Virus record (IMG/VR): IMGVR_UViG_3300020045_010576
Span: 1-25,900 of that record
Length of the DNA: 25,900 nucleotides
Source of the DNA: a virus
Lineage: Duplodnaviria; Caudoviricetes
Direction: 5' to 3' (one strand)
Below the pieces are notes generated by a model that did no database searches, was not told the DNA's origin, and saw only the letters and a program-made list of their open reading frames with translations. The position numbers were made by a program, and so were the translations under genes. This document shows positions 1 through 7,996 of the stretch, in pieces (within the stretch, counting starts at the first letter, position 1; each line of letters starts with the position of its first letter).

Positions 1-641
1 GGTGTAGCACTGGCCGTAATAACAGCGGTTTCAATACCATCAAGCAGGAACTCCTTTTGCAAATCGTAACAATGTTCTTTGATGGCTACAAAACAGATAA
101 TTTTTCTTTGTTCTCCTTTTGAAAAATACTCTAAAACAGACGAATGATTTATATCCTGTTTTACTATTTCTTCATTTATGCTTTTTTCCTGGTAATCTCC
201 CGTAGTTTTAGATATTTTAATATTGGCTGTATTAATTTTTACATTAGAAAATACTTTGAATGGCACTAACCAACCTAATTTTATTAAATCCGCTGTTTGG
301 TAATCGTCAATTATTGCATCAAAACCATCTAACAAATAATTTTTTTCATCTGTTGGTGTGGCCGATAATCCTACGAATATCGCTTTAGGCCATTTAACAA
401 ATAGTGTTTGGATATAATTAGAATCATAAGCATAATGCACTTCGTCTATAATTACAACTTTTGGGGCTTGTATTTCAGTATTAACCAATGTTTGTAGTGT
501 AGCTACCAATAATTTATAATCTTCAATATATCCTTCTGAATCTCCTTGTAAAAAACTTGGGTTTAGTGATTCAAATTTATCCCTTGATTGTTCGGCCAAA
601 CTAATTCTATGCGATGTAAATAAAACACGGTTATATTTCAA
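1..641 (-). pseudogene. SF2 (DEAD/DEAH-box) helicase, 5'-truncated and running off the window edge
   Basis: Manual translation: KYNRVLFTSHRISLAEQS...VATLQTL...VVIIDEVHY...FVGLSATP...GWLVP, giving motifs Ia, Ib, II and III. An in-frame TGA at 642-644 lies immediately upstream and there is no Walker A. Not in the ORF track because no stop lies in the window. Confidence 0.8.
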
Positions 642-679
642 TCAGGTTTGCAAAACAATTTAAAAACTACAAAAATAAA

Positions 680-2464
680 ATGATTTTAAATATAAAAAAA
701 TCTGAACATGCATTACTATGGGCGCATGAAATAGGAGATAAAGAAAAAATGAAACCTTTAATAAATGATTACAAATCTGCTTATGGATGGGTAATGAATA
801 TTTGTCTTTGCAATAAAGAAAGAAAAGAAATGATAAATATAATAAAAAAACAAAGAGATATTATTTCAATTGATGAAATGCTTCGTATGGATGCAGTTAA
901 TTTTGTTGAAACTAAAGAAGAGGTTATTTATTTGGCAAAAAGAATTTCCAAAACAATTGAACTTAAATCAACAGACTGGGTTTTTAATTTAGATAAATTT
1001 TTTAAATTAAGGTATGTTACTTTTCACATTTTTAATAATCGTTCAGATTTTAAATTTTTGTTTGAAAACGAAGTTTTTAAAATTTTGTATTCTTTTCTTT
1101 CGTGCAAAAATCTTTATGAAACAGCTATGAATCTTTTTTCTGTGTCTTGTAATTATTCAGAAAAAAATCTTTTTTGTTTAAAAAAAGAATATGAAGATGT
1201 TTATAAAAATTGTCGTGAAAAAATTTTAATTGATGAACTTATTCAAAATAGAGAAAACGAAAAACAAAAAATTATTAATCCTAAAAATACAGAAAAAATG
1301 AATGAAAAAATTATTAAAGAATCTTTCGACGAAGAGGTAATAAATTTAGAGGTTCGTGATGACGGTCAAACAGCAATTCCAGTTGAATCAATCGAGGTTA
1401 TGGGTGTTGAAATTGTTTCAAACGAAACCGTAAAATCATCTGCACTGGTTGCCGAATTCGATTTACCGAAAACACCAGCCAAAAAACCTATTTCATTGCA
1501 GGTTTTCGAAACATTAACACCTGAACGAATTTCAGAGTTGCAAGGGCTGAACGAATCTCAATTAGCTATTGTTAAGGCGAATCCTGTTATTCAGATTACG
1601 GACAAAAAAACGTATGAGTTGGCCAAAAAAACAGCCGCCACACTTTTGAAAGCTTCAACCGCTATTGACGGCTCATCAGGAATAGAAGCTACAGCCACAA
1701 AATACCTCAACACGTTTAAATCGATGCTTAAAAACGCATTACAGCCAATTGCAAAATTAACCCGTGATCCGTATGATGAACAAAAAACGATTATTTCTTC
1801 TTGGGAAAATGCCGAACTACTTCGTGAACAAGCAGAACAACGTGCAAAATTAGCCAAAATTAAACTTCGTACGGATGAATTATTTGCAGTTCCATTTACT
1901 TTTAACGGGTCTATTTACAGTATCGGAACTGTTTACTGCACTCCTTCACAAGTTGAAACTGCCACTGATGGAGATTTTAAAATAATCGTTGAAAACGGCA
2001 AAACAATAAAACAGGCGTTGGATGCTGAATTAGCGATACAGGCAGGAAAAGACAAGGAAATTGCCGAATTGAAAGCTAAATTGGCTGCTTTAACTCAATT
2101 ATCTGAAATGAGTAATACCGAACCAGAACCGACTGCAGCTATTCCTATTTCGAACTCGGTTCCTGCTCCAGAATTAAAATCTTCGCCTGCAAATCAGGTT
2201 GAAAATTTTATGAATCCAGCCGTTACGGAAAAACCAGCTTACGTTTTACCGTCCATCGAAAACACGCTATTAAATGCCTTGGATTTAAAAAATGCAGAGC
2301 ATTTAGAAAAACCTGCATACATCAAATGCCGTGGTTATTACGTTCAAGGATTAATTGATGCAGCTAAAGAGATTGAATTAATCTTGAATGATATTACTCC
2401 AAATCCGGTTAAAAAATCGGAGCGTATCGCTAATTTATGTGAAATCCTTAAAAAATCGGTGTAA
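680..2464 (+). CDS. Large phage coiled-coil protein (central part DUF1351-like), copy A
   Basis: 594 aa ORF. From ~aa 180 it closely matches 7997-9958, apart from a divergent Pro-rich linker. The segment ITDKKTYELAKK...SWENAE resembles DUF1351-type phage proteins (weak recognition). Confidence 0.75.
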   Translation: MILNIKKSEHALLWAHEIGDKEKMKPLINDYKSAYGWVMNICLCNKERKEMINIIKKQRDIISIDEMLRMDAVNFVETKEEVIYLAKRISKTIELKSTDWVFNLDKFFKLRYVTFHIFNNRSDFKFLFENEVFKILYSFLSCKNLYETAMNLFSVSCNYSEKNLFCLKKEYEDVYKNCREKILIDELIQNRENEKQKIINPKNTEKMNEKIIKESFDEEVINLEVRDDGQTAIPVESIEVMGVEIVSNETVKSSALVAEFDLPKTPAKKPISLQVFETLTPERISELQGLNESQLAIVKANPVIQITDKKTYELAKKTAATLLKASTAIDGSSGIEATATKYLNTFKSMLKNALQPIAKLTRDPYDEQKTIISSWENAELLREQAEQRAKLAKIKLRTDELFAVPFTFNGSIYSIGTVYCTPSQVETATDGDFKIIVENGKTIKQALDAELAIQAGKDKEIAELKAKLAALTQLSEMSNTEPEPTAAIPISNSVPAPELKSSPANQVENFMNPAVTEKPAYVLPSIENTLLNALDLKNAEHLEKPAYIKCRGYYVQGLIDAAKEIELILNDITPNPVKKSERIANLCEILKKSV

Positions 2465-2484
2465 TGAAACGATTTTTTCAACAC

Positions 2485-2510
2485 AAAAAACCCCAATTAA
2501 TTTTGGGGTT
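2485..2510. terminator. Hairpin / intrinsic terminator (U-tract on the - strand)
   Basis: AACCCCAA-TTAATT-TTGGGGTT preceded by an A-run; mirrored at 7951-7976. Confidence 0.6.
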
Positions 2511-2558
2511 AATTATCGCTTTTTATTTTTTAATCAGAATTTTAATAAATATTTAATT

Positions 2559-2855
2559 ATGGAAAATTTTAAAGATTTTCAGGAACTGCTTTATTATTTT
2601 GTGTTTTTACTCATTGTAATTTTTGGATTAGGTAAGTGGATTATTGACTTACTGGAAGTTATAAGAGAATTAAGGATTAAAAATTCTCGTTTGAATCACA
2701 TTCTTAATATTGACGCAAAAGAATATAACCAGCTTCAAAAAGAGTTTTCTTCAGTTTCCGATTTGTTAGACAAAATGGAGTCTAAAAATATGGAATTAAA
2801 ACAATTAATCAAGAACCAAGAAGTAATTATCAAAGATTTGTTAAAAATAGATTAG
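2559..2855 (+). CDS. Small membrane-anchored coiled-coil protein, copy A (98 aa)
   Basis: The ATG at 2559 matches the start of paralog 7628-7903; TM segment LLYYFVFLLIVIFGLG followed by a coiled coil. Confidence 0.8.
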   Translation: MENFKDFQELLYYFVFLLIVIFGLGKWIIDLLEVIRELRIKNSRLNHILNIDAKEYNQLQKEFSSVSDLLDKMESKNMELKQLIKNQEVIIKDLLKID

Positions 2856-2857
2856 CT

Positions 2858-2965
2858 ATGAAAAACAAGAAAAAATTTAACGAGTGGATGAAGAAAATGA
2901 AAAACGTTTTCTACCACGACCACGAACGTATGTGTAACGCTTTCGAGCAAATAATCGAATATTAA
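2858..2965 (+). CDS. 35 aa hypothetical protein
   Basis: MKNKKKFNEWMKKMKNVFYHDHERMCNAFEQIIEY fills the gap between neighbours with 2-nt spacers. Confidence 0.65.
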   Translation: MKNKKKFNEWMKKMKNVFYHDHERMCNAFEQIIEY

Positions 2966-2967
2966 CG

Positions 2968-3282
2968 ATGAAAAACATTCAACCATACATCATTGCAGGC
3001 ATAGCGATTATTATCGTTGTGCTTTTCTGGTTTTTGTATTCTGCAACCTCATCAGTCGAGGTTTACAAGAAACAAATAGAGTTATCGAAACTCGAAAATG
3101 ACAAAAAACAAGTTCAAAAACAAACCTTAACAGTTATTTCGGAACTGTCTAAAAAATCAACTCAAACCGTGAAAAACGGAAATTTAATAATTAAAAAAAT
3201 AACTTATGAAACACCTAAAATTAGCGATACTACTGGTATTTATATGCTGGAATACGTTCGAAATTACCGCCCAAGTAAATAA
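2968..3282 (+). CDS. N-terminal TM coiled-coil protein, possible i-spanin (Rz-like), copy A
   Basis: 104 aa with a single N-terminal TM helix; overlaps the next gene by 77 nt; conserved in copy B. Confidence 0.6.
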   Translation: MKNIQPYIIAGIAIIIVVLFWFLYSATSSVEVYKKQIELSKLENDKKQVQKQTLTVISELSKKSTQTVKNGNLIIKKITYETPKISDTTGIYMLEYVRNYRPSK

Positions 3283-3604
3283 TGATTCTGTAAGCATTCA
3301 GAAGCCGCAAATTAAGAATATTTACGTGGGATTAAAGCAAGGCGAGGCGTACAAGAATTATTATTTTGAATGCCTTCAAGTTTCGAATGAACTGAACCAG
3401 ATTATAAACAATCAAGACCATGAACTTCAAAAATCACTAAAACAGATCGTGGTTTTAAATTCTGATACCGAGGTTTTGAATCAGAAAATAATTGAAGCAA
3501 ATACCGAAATAAAACGGTTAGAGAATAAAAAAATACCGTGGTGGAAACATCCGATTTTATACGGATTATTAGGATTTGTTGGAGGAATTTATTTAATGAA
3601 ATAA
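3206..3604 (+). CDS. Signal-peptide coiled-coil protein with C-terminal TM, possible spanin component, copy A
   Basis: MKHLKLAILLVFIC signal-like N-terminus, coiled coil and C-terminal PILYGLLGFVGGIYLMK. Confidence 0.6.
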   Translation: MKHLKLAILLVFICWNTFEITAQVNNDSVSIQKPQIKNIYVGLKQGEAYKNYYFECLQVSNELNQIINNQDHELQKSLKQIVVLNSDTEVLNQKIIEANTEIKRLENKKIPWWKHPILYGLLGFVGGIYLMK

Positions 3605-3608
3605 TATT

Positions 3609-3980
3609 ATGACAAAAGAAGAGAGAATACAGGAAGCGTATGGGGAACATTGGGAAATCATAAAAAATTATGTTGATAAAGATGGATGGCTTGATGGTAA
3701 GCCTTGTGATAATGATTTGTCAAGAGTTTACAATAATTTGTTTGATGATTGTGATAGGGAATTTGATACAATAAGACCAAAATCCCTCCAAGGAGTCGAA
3801 AATAATAATGGTTGGATAAAAATTGAAAAAGAGGAAGATTTGCCGAAAGAAAAAGGAGTGTTTTTAATTTATCATATCACGGGTTCGAGCGAAATATATT
3901 CTGGAAATATGAATATGAGTAGTTTAAAAAACTACACACACTATCAATTAATAAAGGAACCACAACCGCCAATCTATTAA
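3609..3980 (+). CDS. Phage hypothetical protein (DUF551-like C-terminal half)
   Basis: GWIKIEKEEDLP...THYQLIKEPQPPIY follows the W..LP...THW.P.P.PP pattern. Confidence 0.65.
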   Translation: MTKEERIQEAYGEHWEIIKNYVDKDGWLDGKPCDNDLSRVYNNLFDDCDREFDTIRPKSLQGVENNNGWIKIEKEEDLPKEKGVFLIYHITGSSEIYSGNMNMSSLKNYTHYQLIKEPQPPIY

Positions 3981-3983
3981 ATT

Positions 3984-4184
3984 ATGCCAGAAAAACAATA
4001 CCAAGGCGTTAGCTGGTCACGAAAAGAACAATGCTGGAAAGCTAAACTTAAAATAAACGATAGTTTTGTAGTTGTCGGAGTATTTAAAGAACAAAAACAA
4101 GCTGTAATTGCACGTGATACCAGAATTATCCAACTCGGATTAAAAATTAAATTACAAACTTTAAAACCAAAAAACCCGATATAG
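3984..4184 (+). CDS. Stand-alone AP2-domain DNA-binding protein
   Basis: YQGVSW...WKAKLKI...VGVFKEQKQAVIARD fits the AP2 pattern YRGV..W.A.I....LG.F....EAA.AYD. Confidence 0.75.
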   Translation: MPEKQYQGVSWSRKEQCWKAKLKINDSFVVVGVFKEQKQAVIARDTRIIQLGLKIKLQTLKPKNPI

Positions 4185-4202
4185 TAAGTATCGGGTTTTT
4201 TT
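4169..4202. terminator. Bidirectional intrinsic terminator
   Basis: AAAAAACCCGATA-TAGTAAG-TATCGGGTTTTTTT between convergent genes. Confidence 0.9.
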
Positions 4203-4221
4203 ATGTTAATAAGGGTAGGAA

Positions 4222-5043
4222 TTAATCCCAGCCATCATCCTCATCCTCTTCTTGCTCGAACTCTTCTAAAATCTCGTCTTTAATACCATTTACTCCAACG
4301 AATCTTGAATTAAGTGTTAAAAGAATTCCACAAATTTCTTCGTGAGTTTTAAGATTTTCCAGTATCTGAATTATTCTTTTTTCAGCATCTTCTGAATCAC
4401 TTATTTTTTTGAAATATATCGTAACATAACCTTCATCAATATTGCATCTAAATTTCTTTCCTGACAACTTGGAAATAGTACTAGCATAGCACCTGACGGT
4501 TGCAACACTGATGTTTTCAGAATCGAATTTTATATAGTCATCTCCACGGTAAAAAGACCGCTTTATTTGCTCGTAAATAGACAATTCCCGTTTAGCACAC
4601 ATAAAGAAAGGACTATCTTCGTCTGTGTCAAAAACAACATCATTTTTAGCCATTTTTCTGGCGTATTTAAACAATGAATCATCCAAAGATAATCTAACAC
4701 GCCTTTTCTCATTGAAGGCTTGATTCATATATTTTACCATATAAAATGAATCATCGTGAAGATTAGGTAAAAATTCTTTTTCGATACTAGAAACGAACCT
4801 ATAAAGACCGTCGTTTCTTTTTACTTCATAGAATTCAAGCATATCTACAAGCTCTTCTTTTTCGATTCTAAATGAAACAGAGCCGTAAGCTTCATTTAAA
4901 ATAGTTGCGCAATTTTTTACAAAATTAAGGATTTCATCATCTTTACACACAAAATGATTAGAACCATAATCAATAATACTAACGAAATTTAAAACATCTC
5001 GTTCATTTTCTAAATTTAAAACATAATTTTTCATATTTGACAT
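4222..5043 (-). CDS. Hypothetical protein with acidic tail
   Basis: 273 aa ORF with its own TATATTTG promoter; C-terminal half homologous to 6272-6769. Confidence 0.8.
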   Translation of the reverse strand: MSNMKNYVLNLENERDVLNFVSIIDYGSNHFVCKDDEILNFVKNCATILNEAYGSVSFRIEKEELVDMLEFYEVKRNDGLYRFVSSIEKEFLPNLHDDSFYMVKYMNQAFNEKRRVRLSLDDSLFKYARKMAKNDVVFDTDEDSPFFMCAKRELSIYEQIKRSFYRGDDYIKFDSENISVATVRCYASTISKLSGKKFRCNIDEGYVTIYFKKISDSEDAEKRIIQILENLKTHEEICGILLTLNSRFVGVNGIKDEILEEFEQEEDEDDGWD

Positions 5044-5064
5044 CTATATTAATTAAAAATTTAG

Positions 5065-5072
5065 CAAATATA
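5065..5072 (-). promoter_or_regulatory. Bacteroidota-type -7 promoter element
   Basis: TATATTTG on the - strand, 21 nt upstream of the ATG at 5043. Confidence 0.65.
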
Positions 5073-5074
5073 GT

Positions 5075-5530
5075 TATTTTTATTTAAAAAAAATAAATGT
5101 TTGTTATATTTTAAAATAAATAAAATATACAGGATTTATATAATAATAAGCAATAAGATATATAATATATGTAGAAAATTGTTTTTTTTTATAACAATCA
5201 TATATAAATGAAAAATACATTTAAGAAGCTGATAACAAAGATGTTAGTGGATTTTTAATAAGATTTTATATATAAAAAAAATCCGCAATCCGCAAAAAGA
5301 TAGACGAAGCCCTAATAATAATAATAATATAATATAATAGATATATATTATTTTATGTATGTTATGTTGTTTCTATACCTGTCTATTTATTTGCGGATTT
5401 AACACATTTTTTATAAAAAAAAATTATAAAACGTTAAAAATCAATTATTTAACAAATTCAATTTATCCGCAACGCAGAACGATTCTAAATAACACAACAA
5501 AACAACTAATTTACTACATTTACAAAAAAT
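5075..5530. other. Very AT-rich non-coding region, candidate replication origin or packaging region
   Basis: ATCCGCA at 5281, 5288, 5465 and inverted at 5392; 18-bp inverted repeat 5288-5305/5381-5398 around an AT-rich core. Confidence 0.45.
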
Positions 5531-5536
5531 ATCACT

Positions 5537-6190
5537 ATGGAAATTCAAAACAAATCAATACAGGATGCAATTAAGAAAATATCTGAAACCTACTCAAATG
5601 TTTCAGGGGATGTTTTACGACAAGCCACGTCACGTGCATTGAATCGTTCTGCATCATCTGGACGTACGTTATCAAATTCAGAAATAAGAAGGAAATACGC
5701 TATTTCGGCATCGGTATTACAGAATATAATTAAAAACACGAATTCGACATCAAGGAATTTGGAGGCATCAATTAGAGCATCAGGCGCACCGTTAAGCTGG
5801 AATTACTTCGGAGCTAAACAACAATTATCGCAAGGAACAACATCATTTAACAGGCGAGGTGTAGCGTCATCACGATTGAACCGTAAAGCACGATCAAACG
5901 CTGTAAGGGGCGTTACAGCAACGATTTTAAAAGGTAAATCAGTAAACCTACCTACTGCATTCATACAAGTAGCTAATGGTGGACTTACGGTATTTGCTAG
6001 GGGGTATAATAAAGGCGGTGGAGAAGGATTTGAATTTAGTAAGCCTAGATTACCGATTGGAAATATTACAACGCTATCAGTGCCTATGATGTTTGCCAAT
6101 GAAGATGTATTATCAGTTACTACTAAGCGGGTTATTGAAGTGTTGAATAATAGAATCACGCACGAATTGAATTATTTACTATCGAAATAA
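5537..6190 (+). CDS. Lambda gpZ-like phage tail/completion protein
   Basis: Basic protein with RALNRSASSGRT...EIRRKYAI, AFI, RLPI and SVPMMF segments typical of the gpZ family. Confidence 0.7.
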   Translation: MEIQNKSIQDAIKKISETYSNVSGDVLRQATSRALNRSASSGRTLSNSEIRRKYAISASVLQNIIKNTNSTSRNLEASIRASGAPLSWNYFGAKQQLSQGTTSFNRRGVASSRLNRKARSNAVRGVTATILKGKSVNLPTAFIQVANGGLTVFARGYNKGGGEGFEFSKPRLPIGNITTLSVPMMFANEDVLSVTTKRVIEVLNNRITHELNYLLSK

Positions 6191-6271
6191 GGTGATTTAA
6201 GCGACGATAATATGTTTTTGGTATATGTGTACGACATTGGGGCGAATCTATTAAAATAGATAGCAAAGAAT

Positions 6272-6769
6272 TTGAAATTACGAAAATATTACCGAAATTT
6301 AGGATTGATTTTGAATGTTAAGTTTAGGGAAAATCGCTTCGATGCCACAAAAAGAAAAGGAGGACAGCCCAATAAAGTTGGAGGCGGTGTTTCTGGACAA
6401 ATCAGGGAAGCTTATTTAAGAGGCGACAAAAACATTTGTTTTTCCTCATATAGGTCACACCTCCAATCGATAAGAAATGCGGTCAGTTCTTTTGGCAAGA
6501 TGGTAAACAAGAAGTTTGCTGTAGAAGTTCACGGATACGAAATCTTTGTAATATTTAAAGATTTTACAGAAAATGAAAAGAATGAAATCCTATTCAAAAA
6601 CATCATTCTTGAAATGAAAAAAAACGATACAAAAGAGCATATTTTAGCTTTATTTCATAAGTTTTTAGACTTGGAAGTTGTTGATGAGAATTTCGAAATC
6701 GAAGAGGAAAACAATGATTTTGAAGAGGAAACGACTAATGATTTTAACGACGATAACGACGACTTCTAA
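6272..6769 (+). CDS. Paralog of 4222-5043, apparently 5'-truncated
   Basis: QIREAYLRGD...KKF...IFK aligns to QIKRSFYRGD...KKF...YFK, plus an acidic tail. Only a TTG start, with an in-frame TAG at 6257; roughly 120 N-terminal aa are missing. Confidence 0.65.
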   Translation: MKLRKYYRNLGLILNVKFRENRFDATKRKGGQPNKVGGGVSGQIREAYLRGDKNICFSSYRSHLQSIRNAVSSFGKMVNKKFAVEVHGYEIFVIFKDFTENEKNEILFKNIILEMKKNDTKEHILALFHKFLDLEVVDENFEIEEENNDFEEETTNDFNDDNDDF

Positions 6770-6787
6770 ACTATTCTAATTCCACAT

Positions 6788-6821
6788 AAAAAAACCCGAT
6801 ACTTATAATATCGGGTTTTTT
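6788..6821. terminator. Bidirectional intrinsic terminator (mirror of 4169-4202)
   Basis: AAAAAAACCCGATA-CTTATAA-TATCGGGTTTTTT. Confidence 0.9.
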
Positions 6822-6822
6822 G

Positions 6823-7221
6823 TCATTTCATTAAATATATTCCTCCAACAAATCCCAATAATCCGTATAAAATTGGATGTTTATACCACGGTATTTTCTT
6901 GCTTTCCAACCGTTTTATTTCGGTATTTGACTCGATTATTTTTTGATTTAAAGCCTCGGTATCGGAATTCAAAACCGTGATCTGTTTTAGTGATTTTTGC
7001 AACTCCTGGTCCTGATTATTTATAATCTGATTCAGTTCATTCGAAACTTGAAGGCATTCAAAATAATAATTCTTGTACGCCTCGCCTTGCTTTAATCCCA
7101 CGTAAATATTCTTAATTTGCGGCTTCTGAATGCTTACAGAATCATTATTTACTTGGGCGGTAATTTCGAACGTATTCCAGCATATAAATACCAGTAGTAT
7201 CGCTAATTTTAGGTGTTTCAT
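6823..7221 (-). CDS. Signal-peptide coiled-coil protein with C-terminal TM, possible spanin component, copy B
   Basis: Near-identical to 3206-3604. Confidence 0.6.
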   Translation of the reverse strand: MKHLKLAILLVFICWNTFEITAQVNNDSVSIQKPQIKNIYVGLKQGEAYKNYYFECLQVSNELNQIINNQDQELQKSLKQITVLNSDTEALNQKIIESNTEIKRLESKKIPWYKHPILYGLLGFVGGIYLMK

Positions 7222-7459
7222 AAGTTATTTTTTTAATTATTAAATTTCCGTTTTTCACGGTTTGAGTTGATTTTTTAGACAGTTCCGAAATAACTGTTAA
7301 GGTTTGTTTTTGAACTTGTTTTTTGTCATTTTCGAGTTTCGATAACTCTATTTGTTTCTTGTAAACCTCGACTGATGAGGTTGCAGAATACAAAAACCAG
7401 CAAATCACAACAATAATAATCGTCATGCCTGCAATGATGTATGGTTGAATGTTTTTCAC
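7145..7459 (-). CDS. N-terminal TM coiled-coil protein, possible i-spanin, copy B
   Basis: Near-identical to 2968-3282; GTG start. Confidence 0.6.
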   Translation of the reverse strand: MKNIQPYIIAGMTIIIVVICWFLYSATSSVEVYKKQIELSKLENDKKQVQKQTLTVISELSKKSTQTVKNGNLIIKKITYETPKISDTTGIYMLEYVRNYRPSK

Positions 7460-7626
7460 TGTAATTTGTTTAAAAATTTATAATTGTGATTTTTGGATAT
7501 TTTAACCCTAACCACTGTTTTTTCTAGCTCACGCTTTGAATTTATAAATACATCGAAATCTGAAGCCGTCAACGCATCGTATAAATTACCAATTGCCCAA
7601 CGACCGTTTTTTATCTTGAATTCCAT
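7456..7626 (-). CDS. 56 aa hypothetical protein
   Basis: MEFKIKNGRWAIGNLYDALT...FLNKLQ; its TGA overlaps the next GTG start (GTGA coupling). Confidence 0.65.
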   Translation of the reverse strand: MEFKIKNGRWAIGNLYDALTASDFDVFINSKRELEKTVVRVKISKNHNYKFLNKLQ

Positions 7627-7627
7627 A

Positions 7628-7903
7628 TCAATTATTTTTTATCGAATCCTTGATCAATTTTTCTTGGGTTTCGATTAAAACCCTTAATTTTTTATTCGCT
7701 TCAAGTGATTCTGAAAACTCTTTTTGAAGCTGGTTATATTCTTTTGTGTCAAAATTAAGAATTTGATTCAAACGAGAATTCTTGATTCTTAACTCTTTTA
7801 TAACCTCTAATAAGTCTATGATCCACTTACCTAATCCAAAAATTACAATGAGTAAAAACACAAAGTAATAAAACAATTCTTGAAAATCTTTAAAATTTTC
7901 CAT
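7628..7903 (-). CDS. Small membrane-anchored coiled-coil protein, copy B
   Basis: Paralog of 2559-2855 with a different C-terminus. Confidence 0.8.
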   Translation of the reverse strand: MENFKDFQELFYYFVFLLIVIFGLGKWIIDLLEVIKELRIKNSRLNQILNFDTKEYNQLQKEFSESLEANKKLRVLIETQEKLIKDSIKNN

Positions 7904-7950
7904 AATTAAATATTATTAAAATTCTGATTAAAAAATAAAAAGAGATAATT

Positions 7951-7976
7951 AACCCCAAAATTAATTGGGGTTTTTT
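7951..7976. terminator. Hairpin / terminator (mirror of 2485-2510)
   Basis: AACCCCAA-AATTAA-TTGGGGTTTTTT. Confidence 0.6.
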
Positions 7977-7996
7977 GTGTTGGAAAAATCGTTTCA

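Larger units (their letters stand above)
1214..3603 (+). repeat. Left arm of diverged inverted duplication
   Basis: Reverse complement of ~6824-9280; four paralogous ORFs and a hairpin in the same order. Confidence 0.97.

Noticed and set aside
1591-1857. Antisense ORF conserved at 8583-8903
   Set aside because: Shadow of the duplicated sense gene; its conservation is explained by the duplication.
2388-2558. N-terminal extension of the 155 aa ORF
   Set aside because: Overlaps the previous gene and the hairpin; the paralog starts at the equivalent of ATG 2559.
5313-5350. (AAT)n / AT microsatellite as a CRISPR array or functional tandem repeat
   Set aside because: Short low-complexity run with no repeat-spacer structure; no CRISPR array, tRNA or rRNA was seen in the window.
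5359-5574. 71 aa ORF
   Set aside because: Low-complexity AT-rich sequence overlapping the inverted repeat and the gpZ-like leader.
3604-6823. Invertase-driven shufflon or transposon with terminal inverted repeats
   Set aside because: No recombinase, integrase or transposase was recognised in the window.
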